A stretch of DNA of 29,590 nt from positions 1 to 29,590 of the forward strand of contig JAEOUE010000149.1 in assembly GCA_016839515.1 (NCBI GenBank), in the 5' to 3' direction. Position numbers and translations under genes: made by a program. Below the pieces are notes generated by a model, which did not search any database, was not told where the DNA came from, and saw only the letters and a list, made by a program, of their open reading frames with translations. Below, piece after piece: positions 18,093 to 26,381 of the stretch. The DNA comes from Candidatus Hodarchaeum mangrovi (GTDB taxonomy: Archaea > Asgardarchaeota > Heimdallarchaeia > Hodarchaeales > Hodarchaeaceae). Position 1 is the stretch's first letter, and the number at the start of each line of letters is the position of its first letter.

Positions 18093-18920
18093 TTGACCTC
18101 AAATTCATGGTTCGATAATGGAATAGCAGCAATTCAGGAAAAGCGTTGGTTTGATGGATATCAAATGCTATTTGGGGCATTAGTAAGAGCATTAAGAGTT
18201 AAAGATTTAAAAACTGTTCATAAAATAATGATTAACAGTATTCCTCTTTTAGTAGTAGGTAAACAAAACAATTTAGCCTGTAATATAGCTTTATCTTTCA
18301 TTAATAACTTCCCTAAGATTGATGAAAGAGAATTAGAGTGGCTGGATCAAATACATATTTTATTAGATATTTTACACCAGAATAAACTTGAAAATTGTTT
18401 GGTTGAGATAAGAAGAGGAATTATCACAAATAAAAAATTTTCTTCTATAGAATTTATAATTGATTTAACAATACAAACAGAAATCTTAACGAAAAGTCCT
18501 AGAATTCAATATGATGTATTTTATTGCCAGGCTGGGTTATTTGCTTCTCAAAAAGACTATGTTCAGTGTTTTAAAACTCTTGAAACACTAAGTTCAAAAA
18601 CTGAATTAACACCTAGGATGAGAGTGTATCTGACTCTTTCCGAGCTAAATGCCTATGAAGTTGACAGTTGCGGTAGATACATCAAGGAAATGCCGGAAAA
18701 ATTAAGTTTCGAAGACGGGTTATATGTTGAAATTGTGACTCGCGCTTTTAGAGCAGTAGAGGCCTCTGACCAAAGAGATTTTTTCTCTTTGATGAAAGAA
18801 TATGATGATATCATTAATATTAAGGTTGATCCCCTTCTTAAGCTGTTATGTGATGGAATTTTAGAAATATTTCAGGGTTCGAATGGAAAAGGACTACTCT
18901 CATCTTTTTTTAAAAGTTAA
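18093..18920 (+). CDS. All-helical protein, Get4/TRC35-like
   Basis: 275-aa ORF with TTG start and GGAG at 18081; N- and C-terminal segments align by eye with remembered human GET4 (see findings). Confidence 0.6.
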   Translation: MTSNSWFDNGIAAIQEKRWFDGYQMLFGALVRALRVKDLKTVHKIMINSIPLLVVGKQNNLACNIALSFINNFPKIDERELEWLDQIHILLDILHQNKLENCLVEIRRGIITNKKFSSIEFIIDLTIQTEILTKSPRIQYDVFYCQAGLFASQKDYVQCFKTLETLSSKTELTPRMRVYLTLSELNAYEVDSCGRYIKEMPEKLSFEDGLYVEIVTRAFRAVEASDQRDFFSLMKEYDDIINIKVDPLLKLLCDGILEIFQGSNGKGLLSSFFKS

Positions 18921-19451
18921 TTAGGATTCTAATATTTCCAAAGCAAGCTTGATAGCTTCTTTACCGGAGTTTGCTGTCTTGATAATAGAATTAGTCTTTG
19001 AATTATAGAAATCCAGATTAGTACCAATTTCCTGACTCCAACCACCTACTCCCATTATGCAAATTAGGGGTTTCTTATATAACCAGGTATATGAAATCTC
19101 TGAAAGGGTACCCGTTGCGCCTCCACAAGCAATTACGACATCAGAAGCTAAAGGAATAATTGCATTTCGTGCCCAACCTAGCATTGTTGGAATTCGGACG
19201 GTTAAATATGGATTAATTTCAGGATCAGTAAGGTTACTTGGTAAAATTCCTATAGAAATCCCTTTTCCCTGGTATACTCCTTTACTTACTGCCTCCATTA
19301 CTCCCCCTCGTCCTCCACAAATGAGAATCTGTTTATAACGAGCAATTTCTTTTCCAATTTCCAGACATATATCATACTGCTTTTTTGATTGGATTATTGA
19401 ATCTCCAATACAACCAATTTGTAAGCTACGATATTCTTTATCTCTTGACAT
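18921..19451 (-). CDS. LOG/TIGR00725-family Rossmann-fold nucleotide-binding protein
   Basis: ICGGRGGVMEAVSKG, IGILP, ARNAII, GGATGTLSEI, GGWS. Confidence 0.92.
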   Translation of the reverse strand: MSRDKEYRSLQIGCIGDSIIQSKKQYDICLEIGKEIARYKQILICGGRGGVMEAVSKGVYQGKGISIGILPSNLTDPEINPYLTVRIPTMLGWARNAIIPLASDVVIACGGATGTLSEISYTWLYKKPLICIMGVGGWSQEIGTNLDFYNSKTNSIIKTANSGKEAIKLALEILES

Positions 19452-19992
19452 ATCCTTTTTTTCCTTCTATCGATGGTTCAACTACTCGTTTACCTCCAGG
19501 AAACTCAAGCGTAAAAACTTTAGGAATCAAATGTTCAAGAAATATTGCTAGAGCACTTACTTCAGAATGAGGTTGGTTGGTTATAGCAATATTATAGTCT
19601 GCAAGATAAAAAACTTTACCAGGGACTTTTTTCCCTCCTACGATGATAATAACTTCATCCAATAACTTTGGATCTTGTTGAATATTTTGAAACGAAATCG
19701 TGTTTTTAAAATCAGCTAAGTTGATGCCATACATTGTTAGATGAAATAGAATTTTCCCTGTTTCTTTCCAATTAAGAAGTAATGTCTTCCAATTCTCATA
19801 AGGATAAATGTCAATCTTGAAATTTCCACCCCATTCTGTTGTGACATTTTTCACAGTCTCTATAAGTGAAGTGTCATAATCGCCTGTAATAACAATATTT
19901 TTCGCTCCGAATGCTCTTGCGACAAGAACAAGATGAGAGCTAATCCTTTTATCACGATTAATTCTATGGCCTATACGAAGAACAGTAACCAA
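19438..19992 (-). CDS. trm56: tRNA (cytidine(56)-2'-O)-methyltransferase aTrm56 (SPOUT)
   Basis: LRIGHR..RDKRISSH..LVARAFGA, HLTMYG, VGGKKVP, NQPHSEVSALAIFL; archaeal-type enzyme. Confidence 0.95.
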   Translation of the reverse strand: MVTVLRIGHRINRDKRISSHLVLVARAFGAKNIVITGDYDTSLIETVKNVTTEWGGNFKIDIYPYENWKTLLLNWKETGKILFHLTMYGINLADFKNTISFQNIQQDPKLLDEVIIIVGGKKVPGKVFYLADYNIAITNQPHSEVSALAIFLEHLIPKVFTLEFPGGKRVVEPSIEGKKGYVKR

Positions 19993-20016
19993 TGGATACC
20001 ACTTATACCTATCGTC

Positions 20017-20568
20017 TTAGGTTTTTGTGAGAAAATTTCGGATTGTTTTTGCTAATCTAGTGAATGATTCATCAACATTTGCTCCAGTTTTAGCTGAGGT
20101 TTCTAAATAGGGAATCTCAAAGTCTAAGTCTCTTTCTTTTTTAAGATCTGAAATAAAATTATAAACCTCTTCGACTTCTACACAACCTTCTGTTTCATTC
20201 CTTAGATCAACCTTATTACCTAAAACGACTATTGGCATTTTCCCTCTTCCTGAGTTTGAATAAAGTTCATTTATCCAAGCTTTTAAATTTGTAAATGAGT
20301 CCCGTCTTGTAATATCAAAAATCAACAATCCACCATGAGATCCTTTATAGTAGAGTTCTCGAACACTGTTGAATCTTGGTTGCCCAGCTAAATCCCAGAT
20401 TTGAAATTTTACGTCCTTTGGTCCTTCTTCAGTTTCAATGGTAGTTTTTTTTACTGCGAAATCAGCTCCGATAGTCATAACATATCCAGAAGAGAATTGT
20501 TTTCCTAAATATCGTTCACGTAACGCTGTTTTTCCTACCGCACCATCTCCTAGTAAGCATATTTTCAT
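20017..20568 (-). CDS. Rab-like Ras-superfamily small GTPase
   Basis: KICLLGDGAVGKT, TIGADF, FQIWDLAGQ.RF, YYKGS, IFDIT, GNKVD, ETSAKTG.NV. Confidence 0.96.
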   Translation of the reverse strand: MKICLLGDGAVGKTALRERYLGKQFSSGYVMTIGADFAVKKTTIETEEGPKDVKFQIWDLAGQPRFNSVRELYYKGSHGGLLIFDITRRDSFTNLKAWINELYSNSGRGKMPIVVLGNKVDLRNETEGCVEVEEVYNFISDLKKERDLDFEIPYLETSAKTGANVDESFTRLAKTIRNFLTKT

Positions 20569-21082
20569 TAAAAGCGTTAGAGACCTCTCCTATAATCAAA
20601 CTAAATTCTAAATTATTATATATGAATTGTAATCAATTTTAATTACTTATTCAACCCTTATTCCTATCAATTAAATTTTGGAATAGGAAATCTTAATGTA
20701 TTTTTAATGAGAGTTAATTATTTTTGTCTAAGGACTTTCTTTTAAACTATTCTAAACAATAATATGGTTACTCAAGAATACTAATAAATGCTTTATTTGA
20801 TCAGTTTTATATTTACAAGGCTTCACAATGGATTTATAAAATGGTTTAAATAGAATTTAGTTATATAATTATAAAATTAGAGCCCGAAACTAATCTATTA
20901 TAAAGATACGATAGGGTCATGAGATATTTATACTTAAAAGGTCAATTTTTTATGTTTTAATACTAAGTTTAAATATAAATAAAACATCTTCTAGAATTAA
21001 ACCTGAAAATCAAATTAGAACCTTATTACAAAAATCCTTACACAATTAAAATTAACACAGTTAATTAAAGGTCGAAAGAAAT

Positions 21083-23377
21083 ATGGTTGGATTAAAACTC
21101 TCTACAAAAGATCTAGATGAAATTATAAAGATACTTGGGATTGAAGATGATGCTCAAGGAAAAGTCTACTTAAGTTTGCTTTCATTAGGGAATGGAACAC
21201 TTGGCCAAATAAGTATACTCACTGGCCTTGATTACATTCAAACCCAAGAAGCATTGAAGGTTCTAATTGGCAGTAAGTTTGTTAAACGCATCCCAGGAGT
21301 GGTTGGTAGATATATAGCCTTGGAACCCTTTCTCAAATCATTTTTTTTGGGTTATGATCCGATCACTTTAGTCAATATTAGAAAAGAATCTGCTACTATG
21401 TTAAAAAATAATCTTAATAAGATCACAGATGATTTTGATAAAACAACTCAAGTTTTTCAAGAGAATGCTCAGGATCTTGAAAATGATTTTCTAGAAAGTC
21501 TTTCTCCCGTATCAGAGAATTTTAATGACCTAATTAATAATACAAAGCGTATTGTTGAATATTCAAAAACCCATTCAAGTATAAATATCCAAGAGTTCCA
21601 GACAAATATTAATGATGCCTTATTATATTTGGACAAATTAATCTATGACATTAAAACCGATTCTGAGAACAATATTGATCAAATACCCGCAATTTTTCGT
21701 AATTCTTCAAAGGAAATAGATTTACAACTTTCCAAAATTAAACAAGATATAACTGAGATTATTTCTGATTTTAGAGGTAAAAACTTGAATATCCTTGATT
21801 TATTCAAACGAGACTATAGTGAATTTATTACAAGTCAAGTAAATTCTCTAGATGAAGTCATGCATACCTTTAACACTAATCGAAATGCTGAGATTCATTC
21901 ATTTACAGCGAAAAAAAATAATCTAAGTCATTCTATTGAACAGCTACGTCAAAAAACTCAAGAGAAGAAGAATAATTTTGAAAAATTAAAAATAGGTTAT
22001 AATCAAGTCAATAGTTCATTTCTTTCCCTCTTTCCAGAGGTAGACAAAATATTGAAAGAGATGGGTACATTAATTAATGAATCGATCTCAGATATAAGTT
22101 CCAGAAAACTTTTCAAAGGCAAAGAAGAATTTCTTTCAAAACTAGATGAATTAGAAAACAGAAGGAAATCTCTTTTAGATCTGAATACTAGAAATGTCCC
22201 TATTTTGGACAAAATTACTCAACTAGAGGGAGTTTTAGCTGAAACTGAAAAGGAAGTAGTTGATGCTTCTGAAAATGGATTCGATCAGACAAAGATACTT
22301 CTTGAGAGCATTTCCAATACATTTACAGGATCTATTGAGGAATTAAAAGATAAAATTGAAGATGAAATAAAAAATTCAACTAAAGCATCTCTTATGTCTA
22401 ATGAAGAAAAAATACACTCACAAATAAATTTGACAAATGAGAAGATAAAAACGCTTTTTGAAAGCGTAAACAATGAAATTTTCAAGATTAATAATGATTT
22501 CTATACCAATTTGGTCAATTTAACTCAAAAAATAGCACAGGATTTTAAAAATCAATTAAATAACTTTTATAATGAATCAGTGAGTAATTTTCGTTCTAAA
22601 AATAATATAACTTCAATAAAGCGAAATATGGATGAATTAATTGCTTTAATTTTCTCAGAATCAAGTTTGGCGTTTACTCAAATTGATAATCTAAATGAAG
22701 CGTTTGAAACATATGTCTCTGGACTAAATGCTTTCACATCAAGCTTTGCCAATACTTTGCATGATGCTTTCTATTCCACTTTGACTGAAAGCAGAGAAAT
22801 AATTGATAATCAGGTTATGGAATTTGATGTTCTATTGGAACAAGAAATTTCGGCATTAATATTTACAATTAAAGAGATGAAGCAAAAATTGTCAAAAATT
22901 TTCGAATTATCACGTGTTTTAGAAACTTCAGATTTTGACTCTTCAATTATTAACAGTGATTTAGTAATCGGGGAATCTTCTATTATTATGTTGCTTCGTG
23001 ATTTGACCTTAAGAGCAAAGTCCTCATTAACCATCTTAATGCCAAGACCTGAATTACAAACGCTGATTGCGGCTTCCAAATTGCCAATGAAAACCCGTGT
23101 CAATATTATTGGAGATTTTAAGAAAGTTCCAGCATCTACATTAAAAAAAGTATTAACTGCCAATAATATTCGATTAAAACAACTAGATGGAATCGAATTT
23201 TGGGGATGCATTCGTGATGCAGAAGAATTACTAATCTGTCCCGAACCTAAAGATCCAGAAAAGGAGGAACTAGTTGGGGTAATTTCTGCAAATGAGAATT
23301 TAGTTGAATTGTTCTCACAAGAACTTATTACATATACCACTCGGAGTAAAGAAATCCTACCTCAAGATCTTGAATGA
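21083..23377 (+). CDS. TrmB-type winged-HTH protein with long coiled-coil and C-terminal PLD-like domain
   Basis: N-terminal KVYLSLLSLG.GTLGQIS..TGL....QEALKVL....V......RYIALEP; about 500 aa of nearly Pro-free amphipathic helix; C-terminal AKSSLTILMP...WGCIRDAEELLICP without an HKD motif. Confidence 0.8.
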   Translation: MVGLKLSTKDLDEIIKILGIEDDAQGKVYLSLLSLGNGTLGQISILTGLDYIQTQEALKVLIGSKFVKRIPGVVGRYIALEPFLKSFFLGYDPITLVNIRKESATMLKNNLNKITDDFDKTTQVFQENAQDLENDFLESLSPVSENFNDLINNTKRIVEYSKTHSSINIQEFQTNINDALLYLDKLIYDIKTDSENNIDQIPAIFRNSSKEIDLQLSKIKQDITEIISDFRGKNLNILDLFKRDYSEFITSQVNSLDEVMHTFNTNRNAEIHSFTAKKNNLSHSIEQLRQKTQEKKNNFEKLKIGYNQVNSSFLSLFPEVDKILKEMGTLINESISDISSRKLFKGKEEFLSKLDELENRRKSLLDLNTRNVPILDKITQLEGVLAETEKEVVDASENGFDQTKILLESISNTFTGSIEELKDKIEDEIKNSTKASLMSNEEKIHSQINLTNEKIKTLFESVNNEIFKINNDFYTNLVNLTQKIAQDFKNQLNNFYNESVSNFRSKNNITSIKRNMDELIALIFSESSLAFTQIDNLNEAFETYVSGLNAFTSSFANTLHDAFYSTLTESREIIDNQVMEFDVLLEQEISALIFTIKEMKQKLSKIFELSRVLETSDFDSSIINSDLVIGESSIIMLLRDLTLRAKSSLTILMPRPELQTLIAASKLPMKTRVNIIGDFKKVPASTLKKVLTANNIRLKQLDGIEFWGCIRDAEELLICPEPKDPEKEELVGVISANENLVELFSQELITYTTRSKEILPQDLE

Positions 23378-23396
23378 TAATTTTTCTGAAATCTCA

Positions 23397-24164
23397 TTAT
23401 TCTTTGTGAGCTACCATAAGAGCCTGTTTCAAGGTTGGGTCATCAAGGCTTACTCGATCAGTTCTAAAAATGTCTATTTTACCATCTTTAATAGTGAAAT
23501 CCACCCTTCCAGCTGAATATTCCACTGAATATTGCGATTTTTCCTTTTTAATATAAACATCACCAAGCTTAACAAGTTCAATAACGAAACGCCCAGCGAT
23601 TATTTCATTATTTAACTGATCAGGATCCTCCAATTTTGCAGATGTTGATGCTGTTTCTACAATATTTACAACCTCAGTTTCTATTTCATCTGAAAGTTTG
23701 CTAATAGTTTTTAAAGCATTGGGTTGATCAACAGCATGTTTCAAAAAACTTGGAACGTATTCCTCTTCTTCTGCTACTGGGAAAATCTTTGAAGGATGTT
23801 TTTCACCCTCTTCTTCGGTTTGTTTTCCTGGGGGGCCGAAAATATCATAACTGTATTTATGTCCCTCTTGAAGAAGAACACTTGGAATGGTATCTTCTTT
23901 TGTTATTTCAATGGTAAAACCTGTGCCGATTCGTATATTTGTTTTAGGAAGAGCAAAACCAGTTTTTGTAATAGAATTGGCTCTTCTCTCAATAATTTTT
24001 TTGGTAACAAGTGAATAATTTGAAGGGATATTTACATTTATTATTTCCTTTTCTTCGTCAATGACGAGACTTGCTTCCTCTCTTGGAGGGGCACTCTGAC
24101 TTTCTGAGACAATAAACTCGTCTGTTTTCCATATACACACGACTCTCAGGTTTTTTCCACTCAT
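23397..24164 (-). CDS. Hypothetical two-domain protein with acidic linker
   Basis: 255-aa ORF, 11 bp downstream of the 296-aa ORF, with GTAGGGGA upstream of the ATG. Confidence 0.8.
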   Translation of the reverse strand: MSGKNLRVVCIWKTDEFIVSESQSAPPREEASLVIDEEKEIINVNIPSNYSLVTKKIIERRANSITKTGFALPKTNIRIGTGFTIEITKEDTIPSVLLQEGHKYSYDIFGPPGKQTEEEGEKHPSKIFPVAEEEEYVPSFLKHAVDQPNALKTISKLSDEIETEVVNIVETASTSAKLEDPDQLNNEIIAGRFVIELVKLGDVYIKKEKSQYSVEYSAGRVDFTIKDGKIDIFRTDRVSLDDPTLKQALMVAHKE

Positions 24165-24175
24165 TGTCCCCTACC

Positions 24176-25066
24176 TCATTCATCATCTTCATCACGAAGG
24201 ATTTTTAATGCTTCACGAAGAGATAGTGAGAGCATATCATCGTCCTCATCACTTTTATCACTGATTTCATCGCTTTTAAGTAGCTTGTCTGCTAATGATG
24301 ATTTTGGGGATTCAGGTTCTTCTAAACTGGCGGATTGGATTTTTTTGTCTAATTCACCGAATTTATCAGGAGCTGGACTAATATCAGGAATTCGTGGCTC
24401 TATCCGACTCACAGGCATTTCTGCTATAACAGGTTCAGGTTTTGGTTTGACTGGTTTTGGAACTGTCTCATTTTTGGGAATTATAGGGCTTGGGATAGGT
24501 TTAGGTTTGGGTACTTCTTGAATTGGGATAGGTTTAGGTTTGGGTACTTCTTGAACTGGGATGGGTTCAGGTTTTGGGGTTATGGGAGTGGGGGAAGGTG
24601 CTGGAGTTGAAGTTGGTTCTGATTGAATCATTTCTTCTAAAGGAGATACTGGTTCTTCTTCTGGAGCTATTGGTTCTTTTTCTTTAAGAATTCCTTCTAA
24701 AGGAGAAACAACATCTTCTTCTAGACCTATTCTTCCTTTTAAGTTATTACCTGTGTTTGATAAAAATGAAGAGAAGGTTTCAGGATTTTTCTTATGGACG
24801 GTCCATTGTTTAATAACTAATCGTGCCATATCCCGAACTCCTTCCCAAAATTTGGGTGACTTGCCTTCACGATCAGCTACAGGTAGATCAATTCCTAGAC
24901 TCTGTCCTAAGGAAGAGGAGACTCTTGCGTCTGCTTTTGCTTCAATTTGAGATAAGAAATCATTTAATTTATTAATCGTTTGTGTTTCTGAAAGATTTTT
25001 CAAAAGACGATGGATTAGATCCAAGGTTTCTATGGCAGCTTTAATATAAGTAGGATCAATACTCAT
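24176..25066 (-). CDS. Hypothetical protein: helical N-terminal domain, Pro-rich repeat linker, acidic amphipathic C-terminal helix
   Basis: 296-aa ORF; PKPEPIPVQEVPKPKPIPIQEVPKPKPIP repeats; ends DDDMLSLSLREALKILRDEDDE. Confidence 0.82.
   Translation of the reverse strand: MSIDPTYIKAAIETLDLIHRLLKNLSETQTINKLNDFLSQIEAKADARVSSSLGQSLGIDLPVADREGKSPKFWEGVRDMARLVIKQWTVHKKNPETFSSFLSNTGNNLKGRIGLEEDVVSPLEGILKEKEPIAPEEEPVSPLEEMIQSEPTSTPAPSPTPITPKPEPIPVQEVPKPKPIPIQEVPKPKPIPSPIIPKNETVPKPVKPKPEPVIAEMPVSRIEPRIPDISPAPDKFGELDKKIQSASLEEPESPKSSLADKLLKSDEISDKSDEDDDMLSLSLREALKILRDEDDE
24490..24555. repeat. Exact 33-bp tandem repeat x2 (plus degenerate third copy), in frame
   Basis: ttgggataggtttaggtttgggtacttcttgaa at 24490-24522 and 24523-24555; encodes (I/V)QEVPKPKPIP. 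Confidence 0.92.
24601..24720. repeat. Degenerate 60-bp tandem duplication, in frame
   Basis: cttctaaaggaga at 24634 and 24694; both units begin ctggag and end tcttctt; encodes EEDVVSPLE / EEEPVSPLE. Confidence 0.7.
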
Positions 25067-25232
25067 TTCTTGCTTCTTCCTCTTAATGAATATTTCAAAT
25101 TTTTAATTAACTGTAAGGTTACAATTTTATTTTTTCTTTTGATTATTATATAAGGTGGTTTATTTAAAAAGCAATTTCTTTAACATTCTCTCTAGATTAC
25201 ATAATGATTATTGGCTAAACGTGATTTAAAGG

Positions 25233-25940
25233 TTAATGATCATCTACATATTCTTTGTTCTCTGTGAAATCCCTAGCATCAATACGGTCAGGGAGATCGT
25301 TTCCCCAAGAACAACGAATGTCTATCTGAATATCAGTTAACACTCCATAGATCGGTATAGTGCCTATATTCTTCATACGAGTGATCAATGCGATAGTTGC
25401 AACGTCTCCTACTTCAACATTATATTCCTCTGCTATTTCCATAGTATAATCAAAAACTGCTTCGAGATTCTCACCTGTTGAAACAATGTCCTCTACAAAC
25501 AAGATCGATACATTATCTTCCATGAAATCGGCAAATTTTTCTTCAAATGCAGGATCATAGTATTCTTGATAGACATCATCATCTTCAAAATCTCTAATTT
25601 CTGTTTTAGGTTTATAATAGGTCCAGGGAAAATCATCAATTTTTCCCTCGATCAAATCGATTAGTTGGAGGCCTCCACGTGCAATATAAATAACAATCCA
25701 TCTCTTTTTCTCGAATTTTGGATATAAAGATGTCCAATCTTGTTCAGCCCAATGTGCAAGGTCAGAAAATGGTAGAATTTGTGTTCCTTCCTCTGGTGGA
25801 TAAGGCCCTGAATCATAAATATAAAGCATCAACGCATCTTCGAGGCCAGCAAGAATCTCATTATAGGCCTTTTTTGCTGAAGGATCCTTTTTAAGAATCT
25901 CTGGTATTTCCAATTCTTTTTGACTTAGGAAAAAAACCAT
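25233..25940 (-). CDS. Type I phosphoribosyltransferase-fold protein, very acidic
   Basis: IVIYIARGGL and ILFVEDIVSTGENL (PRPP-binding loop); GGAGG upstream. Confidence 0.8.
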   Translation of the reverse strand: MVFFLSQKELEIPEILKKDPSAKKAYNEILAGLEDALMLYIYDSGPYPPEEGTQILPFSDLAHWAEQDWTSLYPKFEKKRWIVIYIARGGLQLIDLIEGKIDDFPWTYYKPKTEIRDFEDDDVYQEYYDPAFEEKFADFMEDNVSILFVEDIVSTGENLEAVFDYTMEIAEEYNVEVGDVATIALITRMKNIGTIPIYGVLTDIQIDIRCSWGNDLPDRIDARDFTENKEYVDDH

Positions 25941-26381
25941 TGTGTTTCCTCCGAATTATTATCTAGATTATTTTCATTAATTGCATAGATTAGTTTGTAA
26001 AGTGAATAAACTTTGGGAATAGATAAGAGTATCAAAGATTTGTCAAGTTATCCCAAAACTGTAATATTCTTTTAAAGGTGTGCAAATATTCTCCTAATCT
26101 ACAAAACTGATATTCATATTTTAATGGGAAAAAAATGATTAATCGATTGAAACTAAGAATAAATCCCTCTAATTACCAAACTCATTAAGTAAGGTTATAA
26201 AATGGCATTAAATTCCTATTTTAATTATCTTAAAGATTAACAACATCTGAAAACAAACAATTATAAAGGGAATCATAATCCTAGTTGTGTGATAAATCAT
26301 TATTGTTTACTAAATTAATATTAACAAGCTCAGATTGACTATAATTTTAAATAAAAGAAATTAATAGGATGTAAAAAAATA

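Noticed and set aside
21083-23377. SMC/Rad50 ATPase or active phospholipase D nuclease
   Set aside because: No Walker A/B or signature motif, and no HxK(x4)D catalytic motif.
24490-24590. CRISPR array
   Set aside because: The 33-bp repeats are directly adjacent with no spacers and are in-frame coding repeats.
854-24950. Short alternative-frame or antisense ORFs in the track (e.g. 854-1138, 4990-5295, 6194-6583, 11307-11741, 15516-15884, 22810-23340, 24285-24521)
   Set aside because: All overlap well-supported genes and lack motifs; treated as shadow ORFs.
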